From contig JBHGNT010000001.1 in assembly GCA_043228905.1 (NCBI GenBank), forward strand, positions 6,386,001 through 6,450,000: DNA of 64,000 nt. The letters run 5' to 3'. Numbering within the stretch: position 1 is the stretch's first letter; the number at the start of each line of letters is the position of its first letter. Under the pieces are notes generated by a model. The model ran no database searches. It was not told where the DNA came from and saw nothing but the letters and a program-made list of their open reading frames with translations. Below are positions 38,713 to 51,597 of the stretch, piece after piece. A program made the position numbers and the translations under genes. This DNA comes from Azolla caroliniana. Its lineage: Eukaryota; Plantae; Polypodiophyta.

Positions 38713-39126
38713 TGGATGTAGCTCAGTTGGTAAGGTTGCCCAATGGAGACCAGGTGGTCATGGGTGGAGGTTCAACCCCTACATTCCACAGGGGCATCTA
38801 GTGAAATAAGAGATACTAATGGAGTAATAGGGAGGTAAGAAATTTGGGTTTCGAACCCAAGATGTAGTGCTAATAGTATAAACAACTTATCACTAAGGTA
38901 AGCTAATTATGATAAGAAAGAGTGAGTGTCTCCATGGATGTAGCTTAATTGGTAAGGTTGCCCAATGGAGACTAGGTGGTCATGGGTTCAACCCCTACAT
39001 TCTATAGTGGCATCTTGTGACATAAGAGATATCTATGGAGTAATAGAGGGATGAGAACAATGGGTTTTGAACCCAAGTTGTAGTGCTAATAGTGTAAACA
39101 TCTTACCACTAGGTTAAGCTAATTAC
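38713..39126. mobile_element. Tandem pair of ~200-bp tRNA-derived (SINE-like) units, each with a plus-strand and a minus-strand Pol III A/B-box set
   Basis: Plus strand: TGGATGTAGCTCAGTTGGTAAG (A box) ... GGTTCAACCCC (B box). Minus strand at the unit end: TAGCTTACCTTAGTG ... GGGTTCGAAACCC. Second copy at 38935-39126. No intact anticodon arm. Confidence 0.7.
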
Positions 39127-41285
39127 GTAAAATGGAGGGGGAGATAGTCCAATTTTTGTAATATGTTCAAAATACTCCAAATGACGAGCTAGAGATATGG
39201 TTCCAATTTTTATGATATCGGGCACTTTAACACAACTAGATTATGTGTAATTCTTTTATGTTTGACATGGGGTGAAAGCCTATATGAAGAAGTTGAAAGG
39301 CATTTTTATGTTGATTTTCTGGATGTTAGAGCATGTGGGGATCATTTCCTCAAGTGCATATTCAGATTTTCTAATGCTTTAAAGGATAGATTAAGAAGTT
39401 GTAACAAGTGAAATTTACATACAATATAAATGTGTGCTTTTAGAGAGAGATAGAGATTAGGTTCCTTGATGTATTCATAACCTAACCATACACACATGTA
39501 CAAAGTAAATGTGGACATAAAATTCACCTCCCAACCATAAAGCCAAAAGAGGATCACCATAAAGTGCATTGACCTTGACCCAAAGTTCGGCGTTTCATAC
39601 CATTGGCACACACCTATGAGACATGAAACTCACAAGCATCCAAGAGCTAGAGTCCAAGATTAATTATCACTTGATAACGAGAATCAGGGTCAAATATATA
39701 TATACACATGTGTGGCGTGTAGGCCAAAGAGTTTTGTTTTTGCAAGCTTGATGCATTGGGTAATTGATAGTGAAAGCATTCTCAAATGGCAATATATTTT
39801 ATTCGTTATCTCATGATTGGGGAAAATTGTATTGACGTAATCTTCCCAAAACAAAGAAATCATGCCCACTAGATTCAATAAACAATACAAAAGATGGTAG
39901 GTTCCCTATTCAAAATAGTAGATATAATATCTTGCACAAGAATTCTCCCCTCTCACGCATTGTACAAAGCTCTACGACTTTACGACTTAATGATAGTGCA
40001 TCACTTTAAGGCATAAGCCTCTCATATTTATACTTAATCTTGGAGGATTCACATTAAACTAGCTAAAATGGCATTTCCCCTTTGTGTGTCCTATTTACCT
40101 AATCCAAAGCCACATGATTGGGTCTTCCATATGCATCCCTACGTGTTGCCCATCTTGTAGGATGTGCATATATATTTGGAACTATTATATTACCAAAATG
40201 TAAGGTGACCTAAAGTCTTATCTTTTGAGCTTGAAGGTTTACTTATGATCCACTAGAATTATTTAGCTATAACTTTGAAGTACAAGATATTGAACATATA
40301 CCTTCCAATGTAATTGCATTTTGCATATAACATTTGGGTTAATACTTTGATAGGGAGAGGATACTTTAAGTCTAATTGCCTAATTCTTAAGTAAGTGTTG
40401 TTCCTCCTTATTTAATCGAATAATTATATGATTAAGGATCTTATATATTTCTAATTATAGTGTCCATATTTGTTAAATAGTTAGGTCTTGTTACCCTTAA
40501 GTGCTATCACCACCTCCTTTGTGAGTATGAGGGTTATATTTTACTGCGTGAGTTCTTTGTAGCCTTTGGGCATCTTTCATTAATACCAAGGTGAATCTTT
40601 AGTAAAAAAGAAGAAGAAGTGCTATCACCACCTCCTTGACATGAGCAACCATCACAACTGCATTACCATCTAAGGATAACAAGCGATACTTCCTCATGGT
40701 AATAGAATAATATCGTGAGTCCAGTCATTCCTATGTAGATACGATAGGTCCCCTATATGTAATCATAGAACAACATGTTATTGAAGGTATGATGAATCCT
40801 ACTTATGCACAATAACTCCCATATCCGAAACCTTAACCAAAGGAACACGATGTCGATGAATCCTACATATTACACACAACTTCTATGTAAGAATCCTTAG
40901 TAAGAGAAACATAATATCATGATTAGTTTTTGATCATTCATCGCCTTCATAGGAACGGACCGGACCGACCACCGAGTTAGTTGTGGTTACGAGATTTCGA
41001 TGGCATTATGGATCTAATGAATCATTCCTATGAAATAACTATGAAATCGATCGATCGGGACCATTACTTGTCCGTGGAACAAAGACAATACAAGCCCAAG
41101 TCACTCACAACAAAAATTCCTTTAATTCCATTGGAAAGTCATTCATACATTATTACATACATACTACATACCTTCTGTTTAATTGAAAACTCATTATGCC
41201 TTCTGTTGGAAACGTAATGGCATGACGGTAGGAGTACACACAGACTCTGTAAGTACGAGAAGAAGAACCCAGGATCAATTCTCCC

Positions 41286-44082
41286 ATGGGTAGACAGAGA
41301 AAATCAGTACATGTTCATGGAAACTTCGACCTGTTATTGAAGGAGTCTTTCAAGGATCCCATTGTCGAGGTAAAAACCGAGTATTTTCGTCATTGCTTTA
41401 TATTGTATTTAGAGAGAGAGAGAGACACATACACACACACACACATGCGCACACACACATTAAGAGTGTGGCCTATTACAGAATACCTCCATATTCACCA
41501 ATATTTTTCTTGGCAATACTTTTTGCGTTGAACGGACTTGCATTCCGTCTTGGTTTCATGAAGAACTCAAGAGAAGAAGACACATTATGGCGCTATCACA
41601 TGAACAAATCAACCAAAATTATGTCATTAAGGAAACCAATACCTTAAACCATAAACAAGAAGAGTTGGTTAATCTTAAGAAAGAAATTAACACCTCGAAG
41701 AATCGTAGAGAAGAAGAGTTTTTTAATGGCAAGGAAGTCATCACCTCAAACCATAGAGAAGAAGATTTATTTAATGTTGTAGCCCTGTTAAAGGAATGTG
41801 CAAAGAAGAAGGACATTGGGACTGGTACAGCCTTACATGTAGAAATCCTCAAATGGAATGTTCTTGGAGATGATGCTTATTTGGCAAGTTCTTTGATCAA
41901 CATGTATGCCAAATGTGAAATGCTGAATCAAGCACAACAAGTACTTGAAGAATTGCCGATTCGAAATGTAATCGCTTGGAATGCACTTATTACAGGCTAT
42001 GCCCAACAAGGGCAAGTTCATAAAGCATTGAATTTCTTTGAATGTATGCAATGCGAGGGAATCTCCCCAAATGGAATCACTTTTGTTTGCATCATGAAGG
42101 CATGTGGCAAAGCAAAAGCAATCGACGAGGGAAAGCGAATCCATGAAGAGATTCTATGTATGGGTTTCCTAGAGAATGATATTGTGGTTGGCAATGCTTT
42201 AGTGGATATGTATGTGAAATGTGGTGCAATTGGGAAAGCTAAAGAGGTGCTGGAAGAGCTTCCTAATCGTGATGAAGTCTCATGGAATGCACTTATCACA
42301 GGTTATGCCCATGACGGGTTAGATACTGAAGTGTTTGCCTGTTTTGAGCGGATGCAAAGGGAGAGTATTATTCCAAATATAATCACCTTCATTTGCATTT
42401 TGAAAGCTTGTGCTAGTGCAAGAGCTGTAGATAAGGGCAAAGCGATTCATGAGAAGATTATTTGTGGGGAATTGCTGAAAAGGAATGTTGTGCTTGGAAC
42501 TGCTTTGGTAGATATGTATGCCAAATGTGGTATGCTTACTGCAGCTCGACAGGTGCTCGACGAACTTGCTGTTCGCGATGTAATTTCTTGGAATGCTCTT
42601 ATTGCAGGGTATGCCCAACAAGATCAAGGACATGAAGCCCTAATTTGTTTTGAACATATGCAAAACGAGGGCCTCTCTCCAGATATCATCACCCTCCATT
42701 CCCTTTTGAAGGCATGTAGCATCACACAATCAGTCGAAAAAGGAAAGAAAATTCATGAACATATTGTCAGTAAAGGTTTATTAGGTAAAGATATCGCACT
42801 TGGCAATGCTTTGGTGGATATGTATGTCAAATGTTGTGAGATTGCAAAGGCAGAACAAGTGCTTGAGGAGCTTCCTTTTCGAGGTGTAGTTTCTTGGAAT
42901 GCACTAATTTCTGGATATGTCCAACAGGAGCAAGGCTATGAAGCTCTGAATTGCTTTCATATAATGCAAAGTGAGGGCCTTGCTCCAAATGCTGTCACTT
43001 TCACCTGCATTTTGAAGGCTTCTGGCATTATAGGAGCAATAGATAAGGGCAAACAGATCCACGAAGAGATAATATATAATGGGTTACTAGAGAAAGATAT
43101 TGTACTTGGAAATGCTTTGGTGCATATGTATGTTGAATGTGGTGCACCTGAAAAAGCACATCAAGTGTTAGAGAAACTTCCAGTGCAGCATGAAGGCTCT
43201 TGGTGTTCAGTTATTATCGGGTATGCAAAACAGGGTCGAGGTCATGAAGCATTGGGTTGTTTGGAAAGGATGCAAAGTGAAGGTCTATCTCCTGATGCAA
43301 TCACTTGCATTTGCATGTTGAATGCATGTGGGAGCACAGGAGCCATAGATAAGGGCCAAAAAGTATACGATGAGATTGTCCGCAGAGACTTATTGGCAAA
43401 AGATGTCGTGCTTGGCACTGCTTTGGTGGATATGTATGCCAAATGTGGCATGCTTGCAAAAGCAAAGCAAGTACTTGAAGAGCTTCCTATTCGAAATGTG
43501 GTAACTTGGTGTGCACTAATTTCAGGGTATGCTCAACAAGGGCAAGGTCATGAAGCATTATCCTTTTTCCAACAGATGCAGAGCGAGGGAATCTCCCCAA
43601 ATGATATCACATTTCTCTGTGTTTTGAGTGCATGTAGTCATTCAGGTCTACTGTACGAGGCTGAGATGCTTTTTGGAGATATGAAGACAAAATATGGCAT
43701 TGTTCCGAATGTAGAACACCATGCATGCATGGTGATGGTTTTTGGGTATGCAGGACTCTTTGATAAAGCAGTTTTAGTGATTAAGGCAATGCCATCTTCA
43801 GACTTACATCCTACAATTTGGCTTGCACTTTTAGGTGCTTGTAGAAAATGGGGACATCTGAAGCTTGGAAGATTAGCTTTTGATCAGACACTGCAACTAG
43901 ACGAGAGTTGTGGTGCAGCTTATGTTCTTATGGTTAACATTTTTGCAACTCTCGGCATGCAAGAGGATCTTTATAGTGTTGAAGCAATGAGGCTGAAATA
44001 TGCTTCTACTACTTGTGGGGATGAGCTAGGAAAAATTATGTTGGGTCAATGTGAATATAAATATTCATTTATTTTCAACTGA
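41286..44082 (+). CDS. PLS-class pentatricopeptide repeat protein with E domain (organellar RNA-editing factor type); exons 41286-41369 and 41482-44082 (internal ATG 41587)
   Basis: Six 102-aa P-L-S triplets (LVDMY.KCG..A..VLEELP.R.V.SWNALI.GY.Q.G..EAL.CF..MQ.EG.SP..ITF.CILKAC), then ACSHSGL..P.VEHHACMV..WLALLGACRKWG..AAYVLM.NIFA. The upstream exon joins in phase 0 at tacag|AATACCTCCATA. Confidence 0.93.
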
Positions 44083-44360
44083 GAATACCCTGTATATATG
44101 CAAAGGTGAATTTACTTTAGTGGTCTGAACGAGGTTATTTAGAATCCTGCCAAATATTTTGGCATGGTGAGATATTGACCATTGCTTCTGCTCTCGTCAA
44201 TGAATGTGAAGGGGCAACTAGACATGTTGCCTGTAACATTCCTCCACATGATGATTGTCATATTATCCTAAATCAAGAACAAAAGGTTATGATAAGGAAC
44301 CTTCACTGCCTCCATGTTTTTGGAGATGGGAAATGCAGTTATGATGGACACTCCTTAGTT
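44036..44360 (+). pseudogene. Frameshifted relic of E+/DYW deaminase domain behind the PPR stop codon
   Basis: Out-of-frame LCWVNVNINIHLF (E+-like). In another frame HGEILTIASAL..NIPPHDDCH..KVMIRNLHCLHVFGDGKCSYDGH, matching DYW HSEKLAIA..NLRVCxDCH..IIVRD..RFHHF.DG.CSC.DYW. Confidence 0.72.
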
Positions 44361-44771
44361 CATCTACTATGTAGAATTATGGTCTTGAATCACACAATAT
44401 TATGATTCATAAAGATCTCTTAAATCACATTTATGAAGAGGTAGAGCTCTCTAATAGCTCTCTTCATTGAGCACTACATAAAGGTGCTCCTTACCAGCAA
44501 CCAATTGATGCATCCGGGACTTGGAAGGGTTATGATAAGGAACCTTCACTGCCTCCATGTTTTTGGAGATGGGAAATGCAGTTATGATGGACACTCCTTA
44601 GTTCATCTACTATGTAGAATTATGGTCTTGAATCACACAATATTATGATTCATAAAGATCTCTTAAATCACATTTATGAAGAGGTAGAGCTCTCTAATAG
44701 CTCTCTTCATTGAGCACTCCATAAAGGTGCTCCTTACCAGCAACCGATTGATGCATCCGGGACTTGGAAGG
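44285..44771. repeat. Recent tandem duplication of a 243-bp unit
   Basis: ggttatgataaggaaccttcactgcc...gggacttggaag at 44285 and 44528, almost identical. Confidence 0.92.
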
Positions 44772-45908
44772 TGGGGGAGAACAGAATTGAGACCATTGTT
44801 GTGAAGAAGATTTAGAAATGACTTGGGAATTTGAAAATAAAGGTTGAGTATAGAAATGAAATGCTGTGTTTTCCATTTGAAAGGCCAAAGAAAATTGCCT
44901 CCCAATAAGGTCTGCTACAATGTTTGATAACAAGGAAAAGAAACAATTTATTTGGAACCACATTCATTGGCACAATATGACAAGCCAATAGTAACCACAC
45001 ATCCATGGCATTCTAATCCTCAGTAGATTCAGACCCATTCACATCTGATCATAATAATACATGAATCAGTCTAAACGTTCAAAAACCTCTCTGGTCACAT
45101 CCAGGTTGTGCACTTGCAAGTATAATGCTCCATGTTGGGCCCTATTGAAACCTAACACATTTCCCATTCCCAAATGTCTTGTTTGGAGGAAGTGTGTATT
45201 TGACAAATGGCATGTATTAATACCCAGGGGGCAGATGCGCATCTATGCAGCTAGGTCATAGTTTGAAGCCGTTGTCTGGTGCAAAAGATATGTTCTCTGT
45301 AAAACCCATCACCTTTATCTACTGGCTATGTCAAACGCTGGATGTCTAACTGAATGATGTGTTGTCGTATTCGATGACATATCAAACACAATGTGCATCA
45401 AATGTAAGAAGTTGTGGTATTGCAACGTTTGCGACTCAAAAGATGAAGTTTTCTGTGCAGAGTAACATGAAGACTAAACAGACAACTAGGCATACCAATC
45501 ACCTATTACATATTGTATATGAAGTGTATTTAGCTGGCATACCAAAGATGTATGACATATTGTGTATCAAGTGTATTGATTTGGCATACTAATGATGTAT
45601 GAGTGTGCATGAAGGGTATTGATATGGCTGAAAGACTTGGGCATCACCTAAAACATCATGCAGATCATGGACATCTTTGCCATCAACCTCTAATCTCCAA
45701 TCAGCATAGAAACACCTCAATGTAGTGCTGATCTAGGCTAGGGACTAAAACCCCAGATGTATATTCTGTATAAAATACCTGTGCTAGTCTTAGAGAACTC
45801 AGGCAATGAGATTTTGCAATTCAAAAGAATTGTTGGAAAGTTGTGCAGTTTTGGATTTGCCTCAAAGTCCATTCCATACTTCGACTTCTCTGTGCAACTA
45901 TTTCCATC

Positions 45909-45956
<48 letters not shown>

Positions 45957-46534
45957 ATGTTTGTGTAAACCATCTGCAAACTGTGATCAAGATGGCAACT
46001 TCCACAGGCTCAACTATATAACCAATGAGCACGATGTATCATATCAAATGTAAACTATTAACCATTGAAGAAGATGGCAACTTCCTCGGACAAGTATAAT
46101 TATTAACAAAGATGGTACAAATTTTAATGGCGTTTCCATTGAGCTGGAACATACAGGAGAACAAAAGTATAAATTCATTTCCAATTCAAATTACAGAGAA
46201 CAGCTAAATCTATTAGCACTTATTTACGCTACCTGAACTGGTTTTCTATCACATAGCTCCCTCCGGGGTTATATAATTCATGGTAGTCCCAAAAATTTAC
46301 TGAAGCCGGAGAATCAAACTAGACTCATAATACAAACTTTAGTGAGCTCTCTCCCCCTCTCTCTCCCTCTCTCTCTAAGGCCTTGGCAAGAAATGAGATA
46401 TAAAATAATCCCATTGTATATAAGCTCATCAATGCAAAGCAAAGAATCACAGCTTCTTTTTATGGTTGAAGATTTGATCATGTGTTCCACGGTTATTTTT
46501 GCATTTATGTCAAGCATTTGATCAAAAGACATTA

Positions 46535-49500
46535 CTACTTCATTCTTCTTATGAATGATCCAAGACGTGTGAGAACAGTATCAATATTCTCTTCATCTAT
46601 AGAAGCAAAGCATAGGCGGAACCAGCCAGGTTCAGAGCAATGGCATGTAAAGCCTGGCATTGTATTAATTTTTGCTTCATGAAGCAACCGTTTCCAAAGC
46701 TCTTTCTCACCATCACTAGTATTCGACATCAATAGAGATCGAAAATCCACCCAACAATATAATCCTCCATTGCTCTCAGCACATGATATCCCAGCCTTTT
46801 GCAAACCTTCAACTACAGCATTATATCGATCATGTAGCCTCTTCTTATTCTCATTCAAGTAACTCTTAATGAACACCTTGTCCCGGAGTAAGAAAACTAA
46901 AAGCCTTTGTGTATATGATGAAACACCACAAAATCTTGTAAGATTCCTCGAGGCGGACAATACCTTCTCGTTGGCAGTATACAAGATTCCCACTCTTAAA
47001 CCAGCTATCCCAAAATCCTTGGATAATCCATAGATGATGTGTACAAGATTGTGATCGTATTCACCTGAACTGAGGATTTGGGATGCACTAACAAAAGGGC
47101 CGTTATAGACCGAAGCAGCATAGACCTCATCACTTACTAAATGTATATGCTTATCTCTTGCAAATTCAAAGAGAGATCTGAAGGTATCAGGATCGATGAC
47201 ATTGCCCACTGGATTTCCTGGAGAGGTTACCAACAAACCACGCACGGTTATGCCACGCCGCTGAGTTTGACTAAACGCTTTCTCAAGTGCACCTCTTGAA
47301 ATAGTGAAGCCTTCATTGCTATGACAAGGCACCGGAACAAGCTCAATTCCATTCCTAAATTTGATATCACGATCAAACCTTCATAATGAGGACATACATA
47401 ATGTTAGAGCTTAAGAGATTCCACAATTTTGGTTTTAACAGATTCAAGCATAAGGTCTACATGGATGATTCCCTGAAACATTTTGTTTTCTTACCCTGGA
47501 TAGTATGGAGATGGAACAAGGAATGCATCCCCTGTTTCTGCAAGACAGAACGACAATATCTCAATCGCAGCACTTGCTCCTGCTGTCACCACAATGTTAT
47601 CCGCAAGGAATCTCATGTTTCCACCCATGAGTTCCTCCATAAAAGAAGCCATAACCTGAAACCAGGAGCATCATTTTAATTCTATATTTCAATTTCACTC
47701 ACAAATACTGACAATAAATCACAAACATTAATTATTCGAAGATGATCTCCTGGCCTTGTATGAAATTGCATACAAAAAGTAATCTGTCCTTGGAATAAAA
47801 TACAGAATCTTTTATGATTGAAAAAAAGTACTTGCTTTTTGAATGTTGTTGTCTGATCAATAATGTAATTGATTCCTGACATTTTCACTCATAAATAATT
47901 TCCATTTGAGAGAATGTGTGAATATCTCACACAAAGTAACTCATATTGCTATCTTACAAGACCGTGAAGTTCAAACACCCTAAAGGATATGCTGTGTGTC
48001 AATAAGAAATGGCCAGAAATGCAATGAAATAATATGTAGAATATCTGGAATTATCAAGGATGAATAAAGAACTTACACCTAATATCATAGAAAATAAAGG
48101 GAAGCAAAGAGTATTTTACATTAAGTTTTGGAAATAAAAAAGGTCACTATCAAACAAGATAATATTTTTAACACATAATCTAGCATTTAATCATATTTTG
48201 ATTTATGATCTTGCCGTTTCTTTTATTCTTAGTTCTCGGAAAATTCACTTCATTTGTTTACTAAATCCTCTAATAGGCAGGGCTTGCTGAGCTTTGAAGG
48301 TGCATTCCTATGGTTTCATGTTGAAAGAAATATTATCAAAATATATCCCCTCATTTATTTCATATACATATAATACAAACATCAAACTTGGAAGTTTAAC
48401 TTGAATACGCAATATAAAGATATTAAACTCACTGATCAAGATATAAAGTCACAAGAACTGCATTGTGTAAATTTTGCTACTAGTCAGGAAAGGAGTTATG
48501 TGCCTCAAATGTGGACAATGTTTGGCAAGATTAAATACAAAAAAGGATTTATAGTGAGTTATCTTCCTATAAAGTACTATAGTCTCTAAGGACTGATCCA
48601 ACGTGTCATCAAATTGGGCTGCAACATTCATTATGTTCATGTTCGTTAACATTTTTATTCCTTTTCTTTTGGCAATTTTTTTTCTGTTTCTTGGTTGTTT
48701 TGTAGCTATTTGATTTCTCATTCTTCTGAAGAATTTGATTTCGGAGTCCAATTTTGGTTTCAACTAGAAATAAAAAAAGAAATTGAAAAGTGAATTAACA
48801 TTATAAAAGAATGGATGAGAACCACGCAGTTCCAGTTGTTACACATACAGCTGTATTTGCTTTCTCATTCATCTAAAGAATTTGATTTCAGAGCCCAGTT
48901 TTGGTTCAGCTAGAAAATATAAAAAGAAATTGAAAAGTGAATCAACATTATAAAATAATGGATGAGAACCATGCACTTCCAGTTGTTACACATATAACTA
49001 AAACTAAGTTACAAGAAGGGAAAGTCAGTAAAAAGGTAGATGATTAATAGAAGTTATATGAATAAAGCCAGAATTTTGAAGCAAAAAATTGACCGAGACA
49101 TGCAACACACACCTCTTAAGTTCACTATTACAAAATCCATGTTAAAAGCATAGAAAAAATGGGTTTTGCTTATTGTAAGGTTCATCAAGTTGTGTGATGA
49201 AAATGAGCAGCTAAATTTTGTTATGATCATTGATGTTTGAATCAAATAGAGAAATATGGGTGGGGTTGATCATATGGTGGGGATCTCAACCATCTTATAA
49301 TGTAGAAATAGTCATCTTTGATTTCTAAGGATATGTATAAATAAGATACTAGTACAATTCAAGGTATCGTATCATGATGTGTTTCATACAGGGTGACCTG
49401 GCCTCATTCTACCACAACCACAAAAATTTGATGTAGAGTGGTCTGTTCAATAGGCTAACATACTTATCTATATCACAATTTCATTTGTACAAAATATTCA

Positions 49501-51597
49501 ATGCGTGAATTCCTTGCAATGCAGACAAGTTATAACCTAGAGATCCTGAGCCTTGGACACAGAGCACCGAGAAGTAAATTGGGATAACAAACGCTGACAT
49601 AATGTTTTATTAGACCATACTTCTCAACACAAGCTTTAAATCTTTTTCCAAATTTATTTTATTGCATTATCTACTACTTGCCCTGAGCCTTTAGTGAGGA
49701 TTACTTCAATGCTTTCTTTTTGGTATTGATCACTTTGCATCTTTGTTTCAATCTTTTTTAGTTCTCAACCCTTTTGTTTATACAAACATTAGGAGGAACC
49801 ATTTAGGGTGAGCACATATTTATGTTTCTTATGGCTTATTCATCAGATACAAAATAAAACTTGTGCAAGTTTAGAACAGAATATCCATGTTGAGAAGAAT
49901 ATTAGTTATGAACTTACCGACTTGAATTCTGGAATTCCATGTGGGTTTTGATAAGGTGCCAAATCTTTGAACTTCAAATCCTGGTCTTCATTCCACAAGC
50001 AAGCATCTGGGTGTGTTGTCAACCATTCTTGAAGTAAATCAAGAGAGAGCTGCAAAGATTAGGAATCCATGTCCAACATGTTAGGTCAATAGAATTCAAT
50101 TCATAATAAAAAGAGGTAAGTGTATTTCTAAGAAAGATTTTCAGCCTCACACATTGCGATGTATGTGATTACAAGAATTTCATAACCATGATCAAAATGA
50201 TGGTCATTGTGTATAATGATGATCAACACAGTATACATTATATATAAGCAAATGCAACCTTCAGAAAAGGATTCAGTTCACCCATGCCAATGTGTTCACA
50301 AGATTTGTCATTACCATCCATAGAGCAGACATACTTAACAGCTTGGAGTTATTTCCAATTCCTTGGTACATACAATTGCACTCATATGTCATACATAATA
50401 GAAGAAATAAATGCATGTATGAGAAAGTAACACCCCCCATGTTCATCATTAAAAATTGCCACAACCATAATCATAAACATAAATGAGGATGAGGATGGAA
50501 GAATAAACATATGTATGCCATGCATAACAAAAGATTTCACCCTCACACGTATCCATACTTGTGATGAAGTGAATTCCCATAGCCATGATCATGACCATAG
50601 CTGCAGAGGGAGACATACATATATACATACATTAGAATACCTAAATACAGGTATAAGCCTCAGAGCTGGTCATGTATGTGATCACAAGAATTCCCATAAC
50701 CATAATGACGGATGCATGCACACATGCATAAGGAAGGATGACCATGCATGTGACCACAACAAAAGCCATATCCATAAAGATGACCGTAGATGATAATGAT
50801 GATGGTGCCATAACAATCAAGATGGACCATAGATGATGATGAAGATGATGAGTGGCTCCACTATAGGATAGAATAAGCAAAAGGCATTTATACAGATGTG
50901 GCCAGAAACATACCTTGTTTTCTGCTAAGCCAAGCTGGATGATACCATTTGGATTCTCTTGTGCATGGAAGGGGTTCTGACGATGTTCTTTCCACCCAAT
51001 GTAATAAGGAGAATCTGCCGCATTCAATACTGAGATAGCTCGAGCCGATACAAAAGAAGGCCGGCGGGGACTCCTTGAAGAGAATCCAGGACGAGACGAA
51101 GAGCCCAAGTAGTTATTCACATCATTCAAAGAGCTTATGCGGGCGAGATTTGAACCCGCGGAACTGGCTCGGGCGAGATTGGATCCTGAGGATCTGGTGC
51201 GAGGGAGATTCGGTCGGGCCCCGTGATCGGGAACAGGGGAATCTTTGGGGGAGATGGATTCTTGGGGAACAGGGGGATGTCCAGAATCTTTGGGGTCAGG
51301 CTCGGAGTCGGATGCGCCGGAATCGGAATCGGATTCCACCGGATTAGGGCGGCGTTGGCGGATGTAGAGTTGGAGGAAGTAGAAGAGTGCACAAGGTATG
51401 AGGGAGCCCCAGAAGACCCCGCCCCGGCCTTGAACCACTCCTTGCAATGGGACGATTATTCGCATAGCGGCGGGCCGAGGAGAAGAAGAGGAGGAGGAGG
51501 AGGAGGAGGGAGGAGATGAAGGTGGAGGTGGAGGTGGAGGTGGAGATGGAGATGGAGATGGAGATGGAGATGGTGATGGTGATGGTGATGGTGACAT
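46535..51597 (-). CDS. ACS10/ACS12-type ACC-synthase-like PLP aminotransferase, copy A; exons 51597(or 51465)-50914, 50049-49918, 47655-47495, 47378-46535
   Basis: N-terminal MRIIVPLQGVVQGRGG.FWGSLIPCALFYFLQLY (ACS10/12 hallmark), NPNGIIQLGLAEN, VPSPYYPGFDRD, HLVSDEVY, YGLSKDFG (PLP lysine), EPGWFRLCFA. Canonical ACS exon sizes of 132 and 161 nt. Confidence 0.93.
48735..48992. repeat. Intronic tandem duplication (~143 bp unit)
   Basis: aagaatttgatttc...aaattgaaaagtgaat...ggatgagaacca...ttccagttgttacacata occurs twice. Confidence 0.8.

Noticed and set aside
38713-38790. Possible tRNA gene
   Set aside because: A and B boxes are present but there is no pairable anticodon stem, and the unit is duplicated with non-tRNA sequence; treated as SINE-like.
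29450-41200. Many 60-90 aa ORFs in the long intergenic region
   Set aside because: No recognisable domains; AT-rich, CpG-depleted DNA consistent with decayed repeats.
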